Of a DNA stretch of 64,000 nucleotides, positions 10,156-18,298 are shown piece after piece. The notes beneath the pieces were generated by a model. It ran no database searches, had not been told where the DNA came from, and was given only the letters and a program-made list of their open reading frames with translations. Each line of letters begins with the position of its first letter. Positions within the stretch are counted from its first letter, which is position 1. Source of the DNA: Pseudomonadota bacterium. Lineage in GTDB: Bacteria > Bdellovibrionota_C > UBA2361 > OMII01. Both the position numbers and the translations under genes were made by a program. Location of the stretch: the NCBI GenBank assembly GCA_038134595.1, contig JAYPVM010000003.1, positions 42,131 to 106,130 on the forward strand, written 5' to 3'.

Positions 10156-10962
10156 GAGGTAAAGAGAGTAAAACTCTTTCGCAGATTCTTTTACTTTTTC
10201 GGCGAGGTTGGGAGGAAGTCCAGTGTCGTAGTGATCTAGCGGAGTTGTATTTTCGAATGATAGCTCACGATCATCTCTAAAAAACTTCCCACTATGGTTT
10301 TTATCACAACTTAAAAGGGCTTGAATAATACCGTAGCAAGCTTCTTCGCATGAGCGGGTTGCCAGCTCGCCTCCCATACTACTTCTCACCCATCCCGGAC
10401 ATACGCTATTGCAAGTGATATCGTCATCACGAACTAGGTGTGCCACCGATTGTGTAATTCCATTTAAAGCTCTCTTCGAAGCTCGATAAGCTGGTGCAAT
10501 TTCATCATATTCATCAATCCGAGACATGCCACTTGAGACATTAACAATCCGTCCGAAATTGGTTTGCCTCATTCCGGGTAAAATGGCCTGAATAAGGTCG
10601 TAAGGAGCACGCACATTCACTTCAAATGTTTTCATTAGAGTGTCAGAGGAAACATTAAGACTATTGGTAGGTGTTGAACAGGAAGGTTTATCTAGGAATA
10701 CACCTGCGTTATTGACCAGTAATGAGATAGGAGATGAAAATTCGAGTTCTGATAACATGCTTTTTGTTTGCTCTCGATCTGAAAGATCAACCTGAAAGTA
10801 CTTAAAGGAACTTCTAGGGTAAGTATCTGATAAAGTTTTTATTGTTTGGAAATCCTCCTTGGAGCGAGAAAGGAGAAGATAGTCCAAATCGAGTAATGAG
10901 GGGAATAGGTGGCAAAGAGCCTTGCCAATTCCCTTATTAGTTCCGGTAATTAAGCATTTCAT
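10144..10962 (-). CDS. SDR oxidoreductase, carbonyl-reductase-like, with C-terminal extension
   Basis: TGTNKGIG, NNAG, NVSS, YRASK, CPGWVRSSMGG. Confidence 0.9.
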   Translation of the reverse strand: MKCLITGTNKGIGKALCHLFPSLLDLDYLLLSRSKEDFQTIKTLSDTYPRSSFKYFQVDLSDREQTKSMLSELEFSSPISLLVNNAGVFLDKPSCSTPTNSLNVSSDTLMKTFEVNVRAPYDLIQAILPGMRQTNFGRIVNVSSGMSRIDEYDEIAPAYRASKRALNGITQSVAHLVRDDDITCNSVCPGWVRSSMGGELATRSCEEACYGIIQALLSCDKNHSGKFFRDDRELSFENTTPLDHYDTGLPPNLAEKVKESAKEFYSLYLSKS

Positions 10963-10975
10963 AACGCATTGTAAG

Positions 10976-11752
10976 CTAAATTATGGTGTAGCCCCCATCA
11001 ACCATGAGATCTGCACCAACAACAAAACTCGCGTAATCTGATGCAAGAAAGACAATTGGGTAAGCGATTTCCTGAGGATCTGCATATCTTTTAACAACAT
11101 GCTTCCCGCCTCCATTGGCATCTTTCTCTGCTTCATCACGAGTGCAATTGAGATTTTCTCTGTGAAATATTTCGTTTGACTTGGTCCATACTGTTCCAGG
11201 GCTAATAGCATTAACTCTAATGTTGTGTTTGGCGAGATCAAGTGCCATACATCTAGTCATACTTGAAATAGCACCTTTCGATGAGTTGTAAGTAACAAAC
11301 TCAGGTTGCGCTATATGTGCAGATATTGAACAAATATTAACAATGGCACCTCCACCATTCTTAATCATGCTTGGTACTATATATTTTGCACATAGAGCAT
11401 ATCCTGCAATATTTACCTGGCAAGTTCTTTGCCAGACAGATTCATCGGCCTCTATACCTTCCATTAGAAAACAGGCGGCTCCGTTTACAAGTACATCGAC
11501 TTGGCCAAAGTGGGAAATAACAGATTCAGCCATGCTAGCAATTGAAGGTTCAGCTCCTGTGTCTGCAAAAAAGTATTTACATTGAGAGCCGGAATTTTCG
11601 TTGAGGGCCTGTTCGGCAATTAGCCCAGCCTCTCTATCTAAGTCGACAAGGGCTATAGTAGCTCCAAACTCAACAAAAGCCGCAGCGGTGGCAAGACCAA
11701 TTCCGTTAGCTCCCCCGGTGATGAGAACTACCTTGTCTTTTATTCCTTTCAT
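10976..11752 (-). CDS. classical SDR oxidoreductase, probably NAD-preferring
   Basis: TGGANGIG, acidic residue after beta-2 (VDLD), YNSSK, IRVNAISPG, VDGG. Confidence 0.93.
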   Translation of the reverse strand: MKGIKDKVVLITGGANGIGLATAAAFVEFGATIALVDLDREAGLIAEQALNENSGSQCKYFFADTGAEPSIASMAESVISHFGQVDVLVNGAACFLMEGIEADESVWQRTCQVNIAGYALCAKYIVPSMIKNGGGAIVNICSISAHIAQPEFVTYNSSKGAISSMTRCMALDLAKHNIRVNAISPGTVWTKSNEIFHRENLNCTRDEAEKDANGGGKHVVKRYADPQEIAYPIVFLASDYASFVVGADLMVDGGYTII

Positions 11753-11763
11753 GGGTACCTTCC

Positions 11764-12789
11764 TTGCTCATGAATGAGAAACTTATAGACGATATTTATA
11801 CAATAGGTGAGAGATTACGCAAAGCACATAGAGCCTTGAAGGAAGAGCTCGTTGTGCAAGAAATTTCTCATATGGAAGGCAAGGCAACTCGAGAGCAGTT
11901 TGTTGTTTTTACCAAGCCAGAATTGTTACATAACGCCACGCCTAGGCAGTTCCGTACCATACTTGTCGAATTTTTCGATCGATTTCGAGATTTAGGCGTT
12001 GAGATCGAGAGAGTTTTGATTACTAATAGTTTGTTCTTAAAGAAATACGGTCTAATAGACAAGTGCTATGAAAGACTGAATCTTGTATCTCGATCTGGGC
12101 TAAGAGCTTGTTCAAGTTCGCATAGATCAATTATTAGCAAAGAGATTGAGGAGTGTCAGATTGCACTAAAGAACGTTCTTGGAGGGGATCGTTTTTTAGA
12201 GCGATTTTCGCGTTGTGACAGTCAACTCTTAGGAGAGCTAATAGATAATTTGGGTTGCAAAAAGTTCGGTGCTGGAATTTATGGAACACATATCAATGTT
12301 GAGGGTGAAAGATATCTAGTTCTCAACGGATTCTATCCGGCACAACGAGCTTGGTTAGAAGGTCAAAATGATATAGCAATTGCTTTTTCATTGAATGCTC
12401 TTAACTCCTGGAAGTGGTTAAGGAGAAATCTCATCGGAGATATTTTTCCATCTAACTCCGAGCCTACATCAATTCGTGGACTGTGTTGGGCAAATCGAGA
12501 TCGGTATAAAATTGGTCGAGTTGATATTGCTAGAAACTGCATTCATTTTGCGGCTAATCCAGTGGATGCAGCGCTATATATGAAACACTTATTTGGAATT
12601 CAGCTTGCTAGAACAAATTTGGGATATCTTGCAAGGAACCAAGGGCTTGGAATTTCAAAGGTATTGAAAATATATAGGGACAAGAATTTGACTGCCAAGG
12701 GGAAGAAAGTAGACTTAAGAGATTTAATTGAAGATACTACAACTAAGAAAACCCTTTCTATTATTAGGAGCTTGTTAGATGATTGTTGA
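11764..12789 (+). CDS. atypical large nucleoside-diphosphate-kinase-fold protein
   Basis: FVVFTKPE (NDK 'F..IKPD'), W..LR..LIG..P....PTSIRG (Kpn loop) and RNCIHFAAN (NDK N-x-x-H site); about twice normal NDK length. Confidence 0.65.
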   Translation: MLMNEKLIDDIYTIGERLRKAHRALKEELVVQEISHMEGKATREQFVVFTKPELLHNATPRQFRTILVEFFDRFRDLGVEIERVLITNSLFLKKYGLIDKCYERLNLVSRSGLRACSSSHRSIISKEIEECQIALKNVLGGDRFLERFSRCDSQLLGELIDNLGCKKFGAGIYGTHINVEGERYLVLNGFYPAQRAWLEGQNDIAIAFSLNALNSWKWLRRNLIGDIFPSNSEPTSIRGLCWANRDRYKIGRVDIARNCIHFAANPVDAALYMKHLFGIQLARTNLGYLARNQGLGISKVLKIYRDKNLTAKGKKVDLRDLIEDTTTKKTLSIIRSLLDDC

Positions 12790-13348
12790 GGAGGGTATGT
12801 CCCCTCAGGAGGGCCCGGAGGACGAATTGACACTACCACAGATTGTAGCTAGGGAAACTGCAGTGCGCGTTGTTTTGTTTAATGCGCAAGATGAGATTTT
12901 ATTGCAAGGAGTGAATGTCCCGGGTAAGCCAGAATTTTTCATCACTCCAGGTGGACGGCTTGAAGGGGACGGTGAGATTCTGCTTGAAGCTGCTAAGCGT
13001 GAAATCGAAGAAGAGACTGGCTTTAAAGAGTTTGATATTACAACGAAAGCTCCTGTTTTTACTGGATCTCATGTGATGCATAAATCAAAGGGGCTTGTGG
13101 AAATGACAGAGCATTTCTTTGTTGCACGGCTTTCCAGTGATGAAGATCAAATTGATGAATCCAAATTACAGTTAACTGAAGAAGAGCAGGCTCTTTTTAC
13201 TGGGCAGAAGTGGTTTAAGCTGGAAGAATTGGAATCTCCGGATTTAATATTTGTACCTATAAATTTGAGAGAATTTGCACAAGCCTGTCTTCGTGGACAG
13301 CATATTCCAGAAGTTGATTTTAGCGATCCTCCGCAATTTAGTCCCTAA
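12779..13348 (+). CDS. NUDIX hydrolase
   Basis: PGGRLEGDGEILLEAAKREIEEETG NUDIX box. Confidence 0.92.
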   Translation: MIVEEGMSPQEGPEDELTLPQIVARETAVRVVLFNAQDEILLQGVNVPGKPEFFITPGGRLEGDGEILLEAAKREIEEETGFKEFDITTKAPVFTGSHVMHKSKGLVEMTEHFFVARLSSDEDQIDESKLQLTEEEQALFTGQKWFKLEELESPDLIFVPINLREFAQACLRGQHIPEVDFSDPPQFSP

Positions 13349-13911
13349 TGACGGCCTTATTTCTTGTTCGCCATGCTGAAACTACAGATAACGAACTTGG
13401 AATTGTTTCTGGGGTTTCGAGAGATGTCGGGCTGAGTGAAAATGGCAAGTTTCAGTGTAAGCAGCTTCGAAGACAGCTTGAGAAAGAGTCTTTCGACCGA
13501 GTGATATCTAGCCCATTTAGGCGTGCAAAGGAGACTTGTTTACTTACTGGATTTTCCCCTACTTGTATTGAGGAGATTTTTGAAGTCAGAGAAAAATCCT
13601 TTGGGGTGTATGAAGGAAGGGCTGTTTTAGACTACGAAGACTCGGTTAAGAGTTTGACAATGGAAGCTTTGTACAACTACCGACTCGATGGAGGGGAAAG
13701 TTTCTTTGATCTGCACCAGAGAGTAAAGGAGTTTTTACGTGGCTTTTTACACTTTGAGAAAAGGACAATTGTTTTTTCACATGAATGTTTCATTCGATGC
13801 GCAGTTGCTCATGTTAAAGGTATGCCGTTCGACCGTTGGCTAGAGATTCCTCAAAGAAATGCTGGGATAGTCGAAATTCCCTTTAGTGCTATAGCGGTCC
13901 AATACTCCTGA
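13348..13911 (+). CDS. histidine phosphatase (GpmB/CobC-like)
   Basis: LVRHAET, SSPFRRAKET, E..FG..EG, GGES, VFSHE motifs; TAATG coupling to the NUDIX gene. Confidence 0.9.
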   Translation: MTALFLVRHAETTDNELGIVSGVSRDVGLSENGKFQCKQLRRQLEKESFDRVISSPFRRAKETCLLTGFSPTCIEEIFEVREKSFGVYEGRAVLDYEDSVKSLTMEALYNYRLDGGESFFDLHQRVKEFLRGFLHFEKRTIVFSHECFIRCAVAHVKGMPFDRWLEIPQRNAGIVEIPFSAIAVQYS

Positions 13912-14099
13912 TTGCCTTAATGGTCGAATCTAACTATTGTAGTCTTCTTTAAATTATAGGCTCTATTCTTTGAGGTGTATTCTTTTCTTAAGATTTGGAT
14001 ATTTGGTACAATTTCGCACAATGTCCGTACTTAATTGAATATTTGGAGGTAGTAAGTGACTATTAATGTTTGTCAATTCCCCCCTTTCTTAAACACACA

Positions 14100-15002
14100 T
14101 TATTCAAATAGTAGTAGCGGCTGTTCCCCCGCCCCTGCGGGGCGGGAGGGGGTGTGGGGGAGACTCATAACCTGTGGATAACTGTGGATTTGTGTGAAAA
14201 TTTCGGCATGGCGGATATTCCACTCGTGCCGAAATTCAGCTGGAGACATTTTGAGCTTCGTTTTGATGCGCTCGAAGGTGAAGTAGTGCAGCTGTTGGTA
14301 GAGTTCTTCAAGAAGCTCTGCAAAGGTATCGAAGCGATCAAACTCCCCGAACTCTACCTTGAACCTTCCGAAGAATGACTCCTGCGACCCGTTGCACCAG
14401 GGGGCTGATTTTGGGTTCCTCGAGATGTTTATGGCGTGAGATGTGAGGAAATCGCGCACGATGCGCGATGCGTATTCACTCCCCTGGTCCGAATGAAACC
14501 ACTGCGGAACCATCCCTGTGCGCTCTATCGCACGTCGAATCGCTAGCAAGACAAAACCGGCATCGTGTGTTCGACTTATGTTAAAGCCGAGAACCTCACC
14601 CGTAAACACATCTATCACTGTGCATAGATATACAAATGCACCTCTGTAGCAGATAAACGTGAAGTCGCTTGCCCACACGACGTCTGGAGCAATCGGGGAT
14701 AGCCGTGAGAGAATGCACGGATACTCCAGGCTCTCTTGCCCCTGATCCTCAGGCTTATAGGGCGTTTTAGCACGCCTGGCTGGCCGTAGTCCGTACTTGC
14801 GCATCACGCGGGCTGCGCGCTTCTCGTTGATTCTGAGAGCGATTGCAACCCGAGGAGATCCATAGGCAGGATGTTTAAGCATTACCCGCTCTATCTCTCG
14901 CCTCAGGGCTTCATCTTTATCGGGCTTCTTTGGACGGTAGTATAGACTCGCACGGCTTACTCCAAGCTCTCTGGCTAGGGCGCTCTTGTTAGTGACTTCC
15001 AC
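14100..15002 (-). CDS. IS3-family transposase OrfB (DDE domain)
   Basis: WASDFT, VIDVFT, FHSDQGSEY, ESFFGRFKVE motifs. Confidence 0.95.
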   Translation of the reverse strand: MEVTNKSALARELGVSRASLYYRPKKPDKDEALRREIERVMLKHPAYGSPRVAIALRINEKRAARVMRKYGLRPARRAKTPYKPEDQGQESLEYPCILSRLSPIAPDVVWASDFTFICYRGAFVYLCTVIDVFTGEVLGFNISRTHDAGFVLLAIRRAIERTGMVPQWFHSDQGSEYASRIVRDFLTSHAINISRNPKSAPWCNGSQESFFGRFKVEFGEFDRFDTFAELLEELYQQLHYFTFERIKTKLKMSPAEFRHEWNIRHAEIFTQIHSYPQVMSLPHTPSRPAGAGEQPLLLFE

Positions 15003-15261
15003 GGCGCTGATTTTTTTCCCGAAGCTCCGCTCGGTACGTCAGCTGTCCTATTACCCTTAGCAGTGCCTCGTTCTCTCGCCGGAGCCTGGAGATCTCCAGC
15101 GTCTCCGCCGCAGGTGACTCCGTATCCCTCTCAAGCCACGTCCGGATCGTCATATCGTTGATCCCGTACGCCTTCGCAACCTCCGAGACTCGTTGACCTT
15201 CTCGGATCTTCTTTAGCACTTCTTCCTTCGTTTCTTTAGGGTATCGCTTCGCCATACACAT
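14989..15261 (-). CDS. IS3-family transposase OrfA (HTH)
   Basis: KRYPKETK..VSEVAKAYGI...TIRTW HTH and RLRRENEAL coiled coil; A7 slippery run at 15011-15017 near its end. Confidence 0.92.
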   Translation of the reverse strand: MCMAKRYPKETKEEVLKKIREGQRVSEVAKAYGINDMTIRTWLERDTESPAAETLEISRLRRENEALLRVIGQLTYRAELREKNQRRGSH

Positions 15262-15493
15262 CTCCTACCAGATTGAGTTAGATGTGTCTAAAATACGGGG
15301 GGAACATCAATTCGATTCTTGTCTTCCTAGAATTCAAAGACATTCAAGAACACATAGATCTAACAGTTTGAGTTTTGGTACTAGTATCTACCATTGCTGA
15401 GTGGTGTTCATGGCTGTGGAGCGGTTTATAGTCCTAACGCGGAATGAAACTCTGCAGCTAGAGGCGAGTCTTTCTGTCAAATCAAAGGTCTGT

Positions 15494-16027
15494 TCAATAT
15501 TGGAGCGAAATTGGCATCAAAGACTGAACTGAGTGTTGAGTGCAAATCCATGTATTGCTTGTTCTTTGAAAGGCGATAACTGTGAACATCAAGAATGAAT
15601 ACTGGTTCAATACTGTTACCCCACTCTGTTCTAGTACTGACAATATGTGAAATCTCTTTGAGCTGTGCTTCGTATTGTGAATAGAAAGCACGAAAGCTGT
15701 AATCAAAGCCGTGGTAAGCCGTCCAAGCTTAAGTTGTCTTATCTGGGTCTTCCACCAGTTCAAAGTCTGTAAAGGGGTAGCTTTAGATTTTCTGTGAGGA
15801 AAAATCTCTTGAACATATCGGTCAATCAACTCAGATACCGTTCTTTCTTTAGCCTCTCGTTCAGGGAAATACCTGCCTCTCAGTATGTCGGATTCTAGAC
15901 GTTGCTTATACCTAAGTGCGTCTCTCTTTCTCTTGAACGTTGCCGAGTGGTATTTCTTGTTTACCCTAATTTGCACTCGGTAGCTTGTTGATCCGTCTTT
16001 ATTCTTGCGCCTTTGAATGCCTTTCAT
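15494..16027 (-). pseudogene. truncated tyrosine integrase (N-terminal domains only)
   Basis: AAGGAG RBS then MKGIQRRKNKDGSTSYRVQIRV...SATFKRKRDA...TVSELIDRY...LNWW; integrase-like character ends near 15695 and no R-H-R-Y catalytic domain follows. Confidence 0.85.
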
Positions 16028-16075
16028 CTGTCTCTCCTTGAAGTTAAGCCGCGGACTCACAAAGAGGGCACAAGA

Positions 16076-16094
16076 GTGTGCCATTTGTGTGCCA
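16076..16094. repeat. putative integrase arm-type sites
   Basis: GTGTGCCA-TTT-GTGTGCCA between integrase and tRNA; related TTGTGCCA and GTGTGCTT-TTG-GTGTGGCA inside the other end (~9508-9571). Confidence 0.55.
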
Positions 16095-16141
16095 TGGCGG
16101 CTGTCGCAATCTGTGGAGAGACTGCAACGTACCGAAAAGAA

Positions 16142-16162
16142 TGGTGGCCCCACCTGGACTTG
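16142..16162 (-). repeat. third, short copy of the tRNA 3' end, with CCA
   Basis: Reverse complement CAAGTCCAGGTGGGGCCACCA; 18 bp identical to the tRNA 3' end plus CCA. Confidence 0.85.
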
Positions 16163-16219
16163 CAGTATTTTTGGGTTCGAAGTCCAGTGCTTCCATTTCC
16201 ATTCACGATGTTCATGGAA

Positions 16220-16293
<74 letters not shown>

Positions 16294-16460
16294 TTACTGT
16301 CGTTTGACGAGCCCTATATTTACCTTTCTCTTAGATTGGATGCAAGCCCTTTGACCTTCTGGGTTTGAATGTTATGCTAATGAGGGTTTTTTCAATTTCG
16401 GGCAGGTTGTCATAGGATAATTCTGCAACGACAAACATCTTTTATTGCAGGGGTTTCTAT

Positions 16461-17189
16461 ATGGGAGAGAGTAATCAGAATTCGGTTCTTTCGGCTTTAG
16501 TTGATTTGAGTAAGGTTGACGGCCGCATTGCAATTCTTAAGGCGGTTCTCAATGAGGTAGAAGCCCAGCGCACAAAGCGTGCAAAAGCCTTTGAGACACT
16601 TCATGCCGAGAAAAAGCGTCGAGAAGATAAGTTGGCTGAAAGGAAGGCTTTGAGCGACAAGGAAGATAAGGCCGTTAAGCATGAGCGAGAGAGGATAAAT
16701 GAGCGAAGAGCGGCACTCAATTCACTCAACGACTATAAAATTCAGCAGGCAGCGACTCGCGAGATAGACTTTGTATCAAAACAGATCGGCCAACGAGAAG
16801 AGTTGTTGCTTGAGCTCTTCCGGGAGGTAGAGGCCCTTGAGAAACAGGTGGAAGAGGTTAACGAGATTGTACGGGGAGCAGAGGCGGAACAGGCGTCTTT
16901 CGACAAAAAGTTAGCTGCTCGGGTACAGGAGGCTGAAGGTGAGCTCGAAACACTTTCTTCAGAACGAGCGGTGAAGACGCAACATATTGAAGATAAAGAG
17001 ACTCTGATTATTTATAATAGGTTGGTATCTCGATTTCCCTCTGATCCTATTGTAGAGGTTGTGAATCAGGAAAGCTGTGCGGCATGTTTTATGAAACTCG
17101 GACCACAGGTCCCAGTTCAAATTGCTAGGGGAGATGTGGTAAAGTGTCCAGGTTGTGGACGGCTCCTCAGACTTTCGAATGAAAACTAG
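16461..17189 (+). CDS. coiled-coil protein with C4 zinc ribbon (DUF164/HP0958-like)
   Basis: Long coiled coil then CAACFM...CPGCGRLL. Confidence 0.88.
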   Translation: MGESNQNSVLSALVDLSKVDGRIAILKAVLNEVEAQRTKRAKAFETLHAEKKRREDKLAERKALSDKEDKAVKHERERINERRAALNSLNDYKIQQAATREIDFVSKQIGQREELLLELFREVEALEKQVEEVNEIVRGAEAEQASFDKKLAARVQEAEGELETLSSERAVKTQHIEDKETLIIYNRLVSRFPSDPIVEVVNQESCAACFMKLGPQVPVQIARGDVVKCPGCGRLLRLSNEN

Positions 17190-17210
17190 GTGGATGCACG
17201 TTTCAAGCAA

Positions 17211-17583
17211 GAAAGAGTTAGGTGGATGGTCGCTTGAGGATTTATTCCTTGAGAGGAAAGTCGGGACTTTTTAGAGCAGGTTGGCCGTTAACGGCGGCGC
17301 CGAGTGATCGGCGGAAAGTGCCACAGAAAAGAAGACAGCCGCCCCTTTTTGGGGAATGGCTACGGTGAAACGGTGAGGTAAGAGCTCACCAGCATGGAGG
17401 TGACTTCATGGCTTGGTAAACCCCAGCTAAAGCAAGGCCGAATAGGAAGGCGTTCTATGGCGACATAGACGGTGTTGCTCGCATCGGTTCTTCGGGTAGT
17501 GCCGCTAGAATCCTTCGGTAACGGAGGATCCAGATGAATGATCATCATTGATGACAGAATCCCGCTTACAGCTTAACTCTTTC
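17211..17583 (+). ncRNA. rnpB: RNase P RNA, bacterial type A
   Basis: GAGGAAAGTC, GAAAGTGCCACAGAAA, GGTGAAACGGTGAGGTAAGAGC, GGTAAACCCC, AGCAAG, ACAGAATCCCGCTTA; ends GAAAGAGTTAGGTG/CAGCTTAACTCTTTC pair as P1. Confidence 0.96.
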
Positions 17584-17597
17584 TTGGTTGGAATGCG

Positions 17598-18296
17598 CTA
17601 CTCTTTGAGAGCACCACTTTGATTCTTTCGCCGCCGTTTGCGCTCTTGTGAAGGATCTGCCTTCTTGTTTTGCTTTTTTTCTTTGCTAGCTTGTTTCTTC
17701 CAAGCTTTCGTCACCTCGGGTAGAGGGGTCGGAGTCGGAGTTGTTTGATTCGAGTTTTTTTCTTCCGAGGCGGGTTGTTTTATAAATGTAACTCTGACAT
17801 TACCTTCGGCCGAACTTCTATTCTCTGTTAAATAAATAGTTATACTGTCGGCAGTCAGCATGCTGTCTCCCTGTTTTAGTTGAGGGTTTTTTGTGAGAAC
17901 CACAATTGAAGCAGTCGCATCGTATAGGGCTTCTTGGCTCGACGCCTCCATATCTTCCTTTGTGATAACTACATCTCCAATAGCTTTGATTGAGGTGATC
18001 TGATTGTTTTCAGCGTAATTCCCCTCTATCTTGTGGCTTGTCAGTTTCATCGTCCCTTGTGTGACGTGAACATTTCCTTCATATTGAAACGATCTTGCCA
18101 GTGTTCGCAGCGTAAGTGTTTCTGCGGTAATGGTGGTAGGTAGTTTTCCAAAATCTTTTTCGATAGTACTGGTGTTGCCCAAAAAGGAAGTTGAATCCAA
18201 ACTGCTCAAGGAATCTTCCCTGTCTTGAGTCTGGGCGTTTTGTACTATGCAAAGAAGACAGAGGATGGTCGTTAATGTGTATGAGCGTAAGTGCAT
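17598..18296 (-). CDS. lptA: LPS transport periplasmic protein LptA/OstA family
   Basis: Signal peptide, ITAETL, GNVHVTQG, GDVVI, LTKNPQLKQG..ADSITIY; downstream of lptC-like gene. Confidence 0.85.
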   Translation of the reverse strand: MHLRSYTLTTILCLLCIVQNAQTQDREDSLSSLDSTSFLGNTSTIEKDFGKLPTTITAETLTLRTLARSFQYEGNVHVTQGTMKLTSHKIEGNYAENNQITSIKAIGDVVITKEDMEASSQEALYDATASIVVLTKNPQLKQGDSMLTADSITIYLTENRSSAEGNVRVTFIKQPASEEKNSNQTTPTPTPLPEVTKAWKKQASKEKKQNKKADPSQERKRRRKNQSGALKE

Positions 18297-18298
18297 AG

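Larger units (their letters stand above)
14071..15309 (-). mobile_element. IS3-family insertion sequence, 1239 bp
   Basis: TG...CA ends with imperfect inverted repeats TGTCAATTCCCCCCTTTCTTAAACAC vs TGATGTTCCCCCCGTATTTTAGACAC, orfA/orfB layout; no clean target duplication (GTT vs ATT). Confidence 0.92.
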
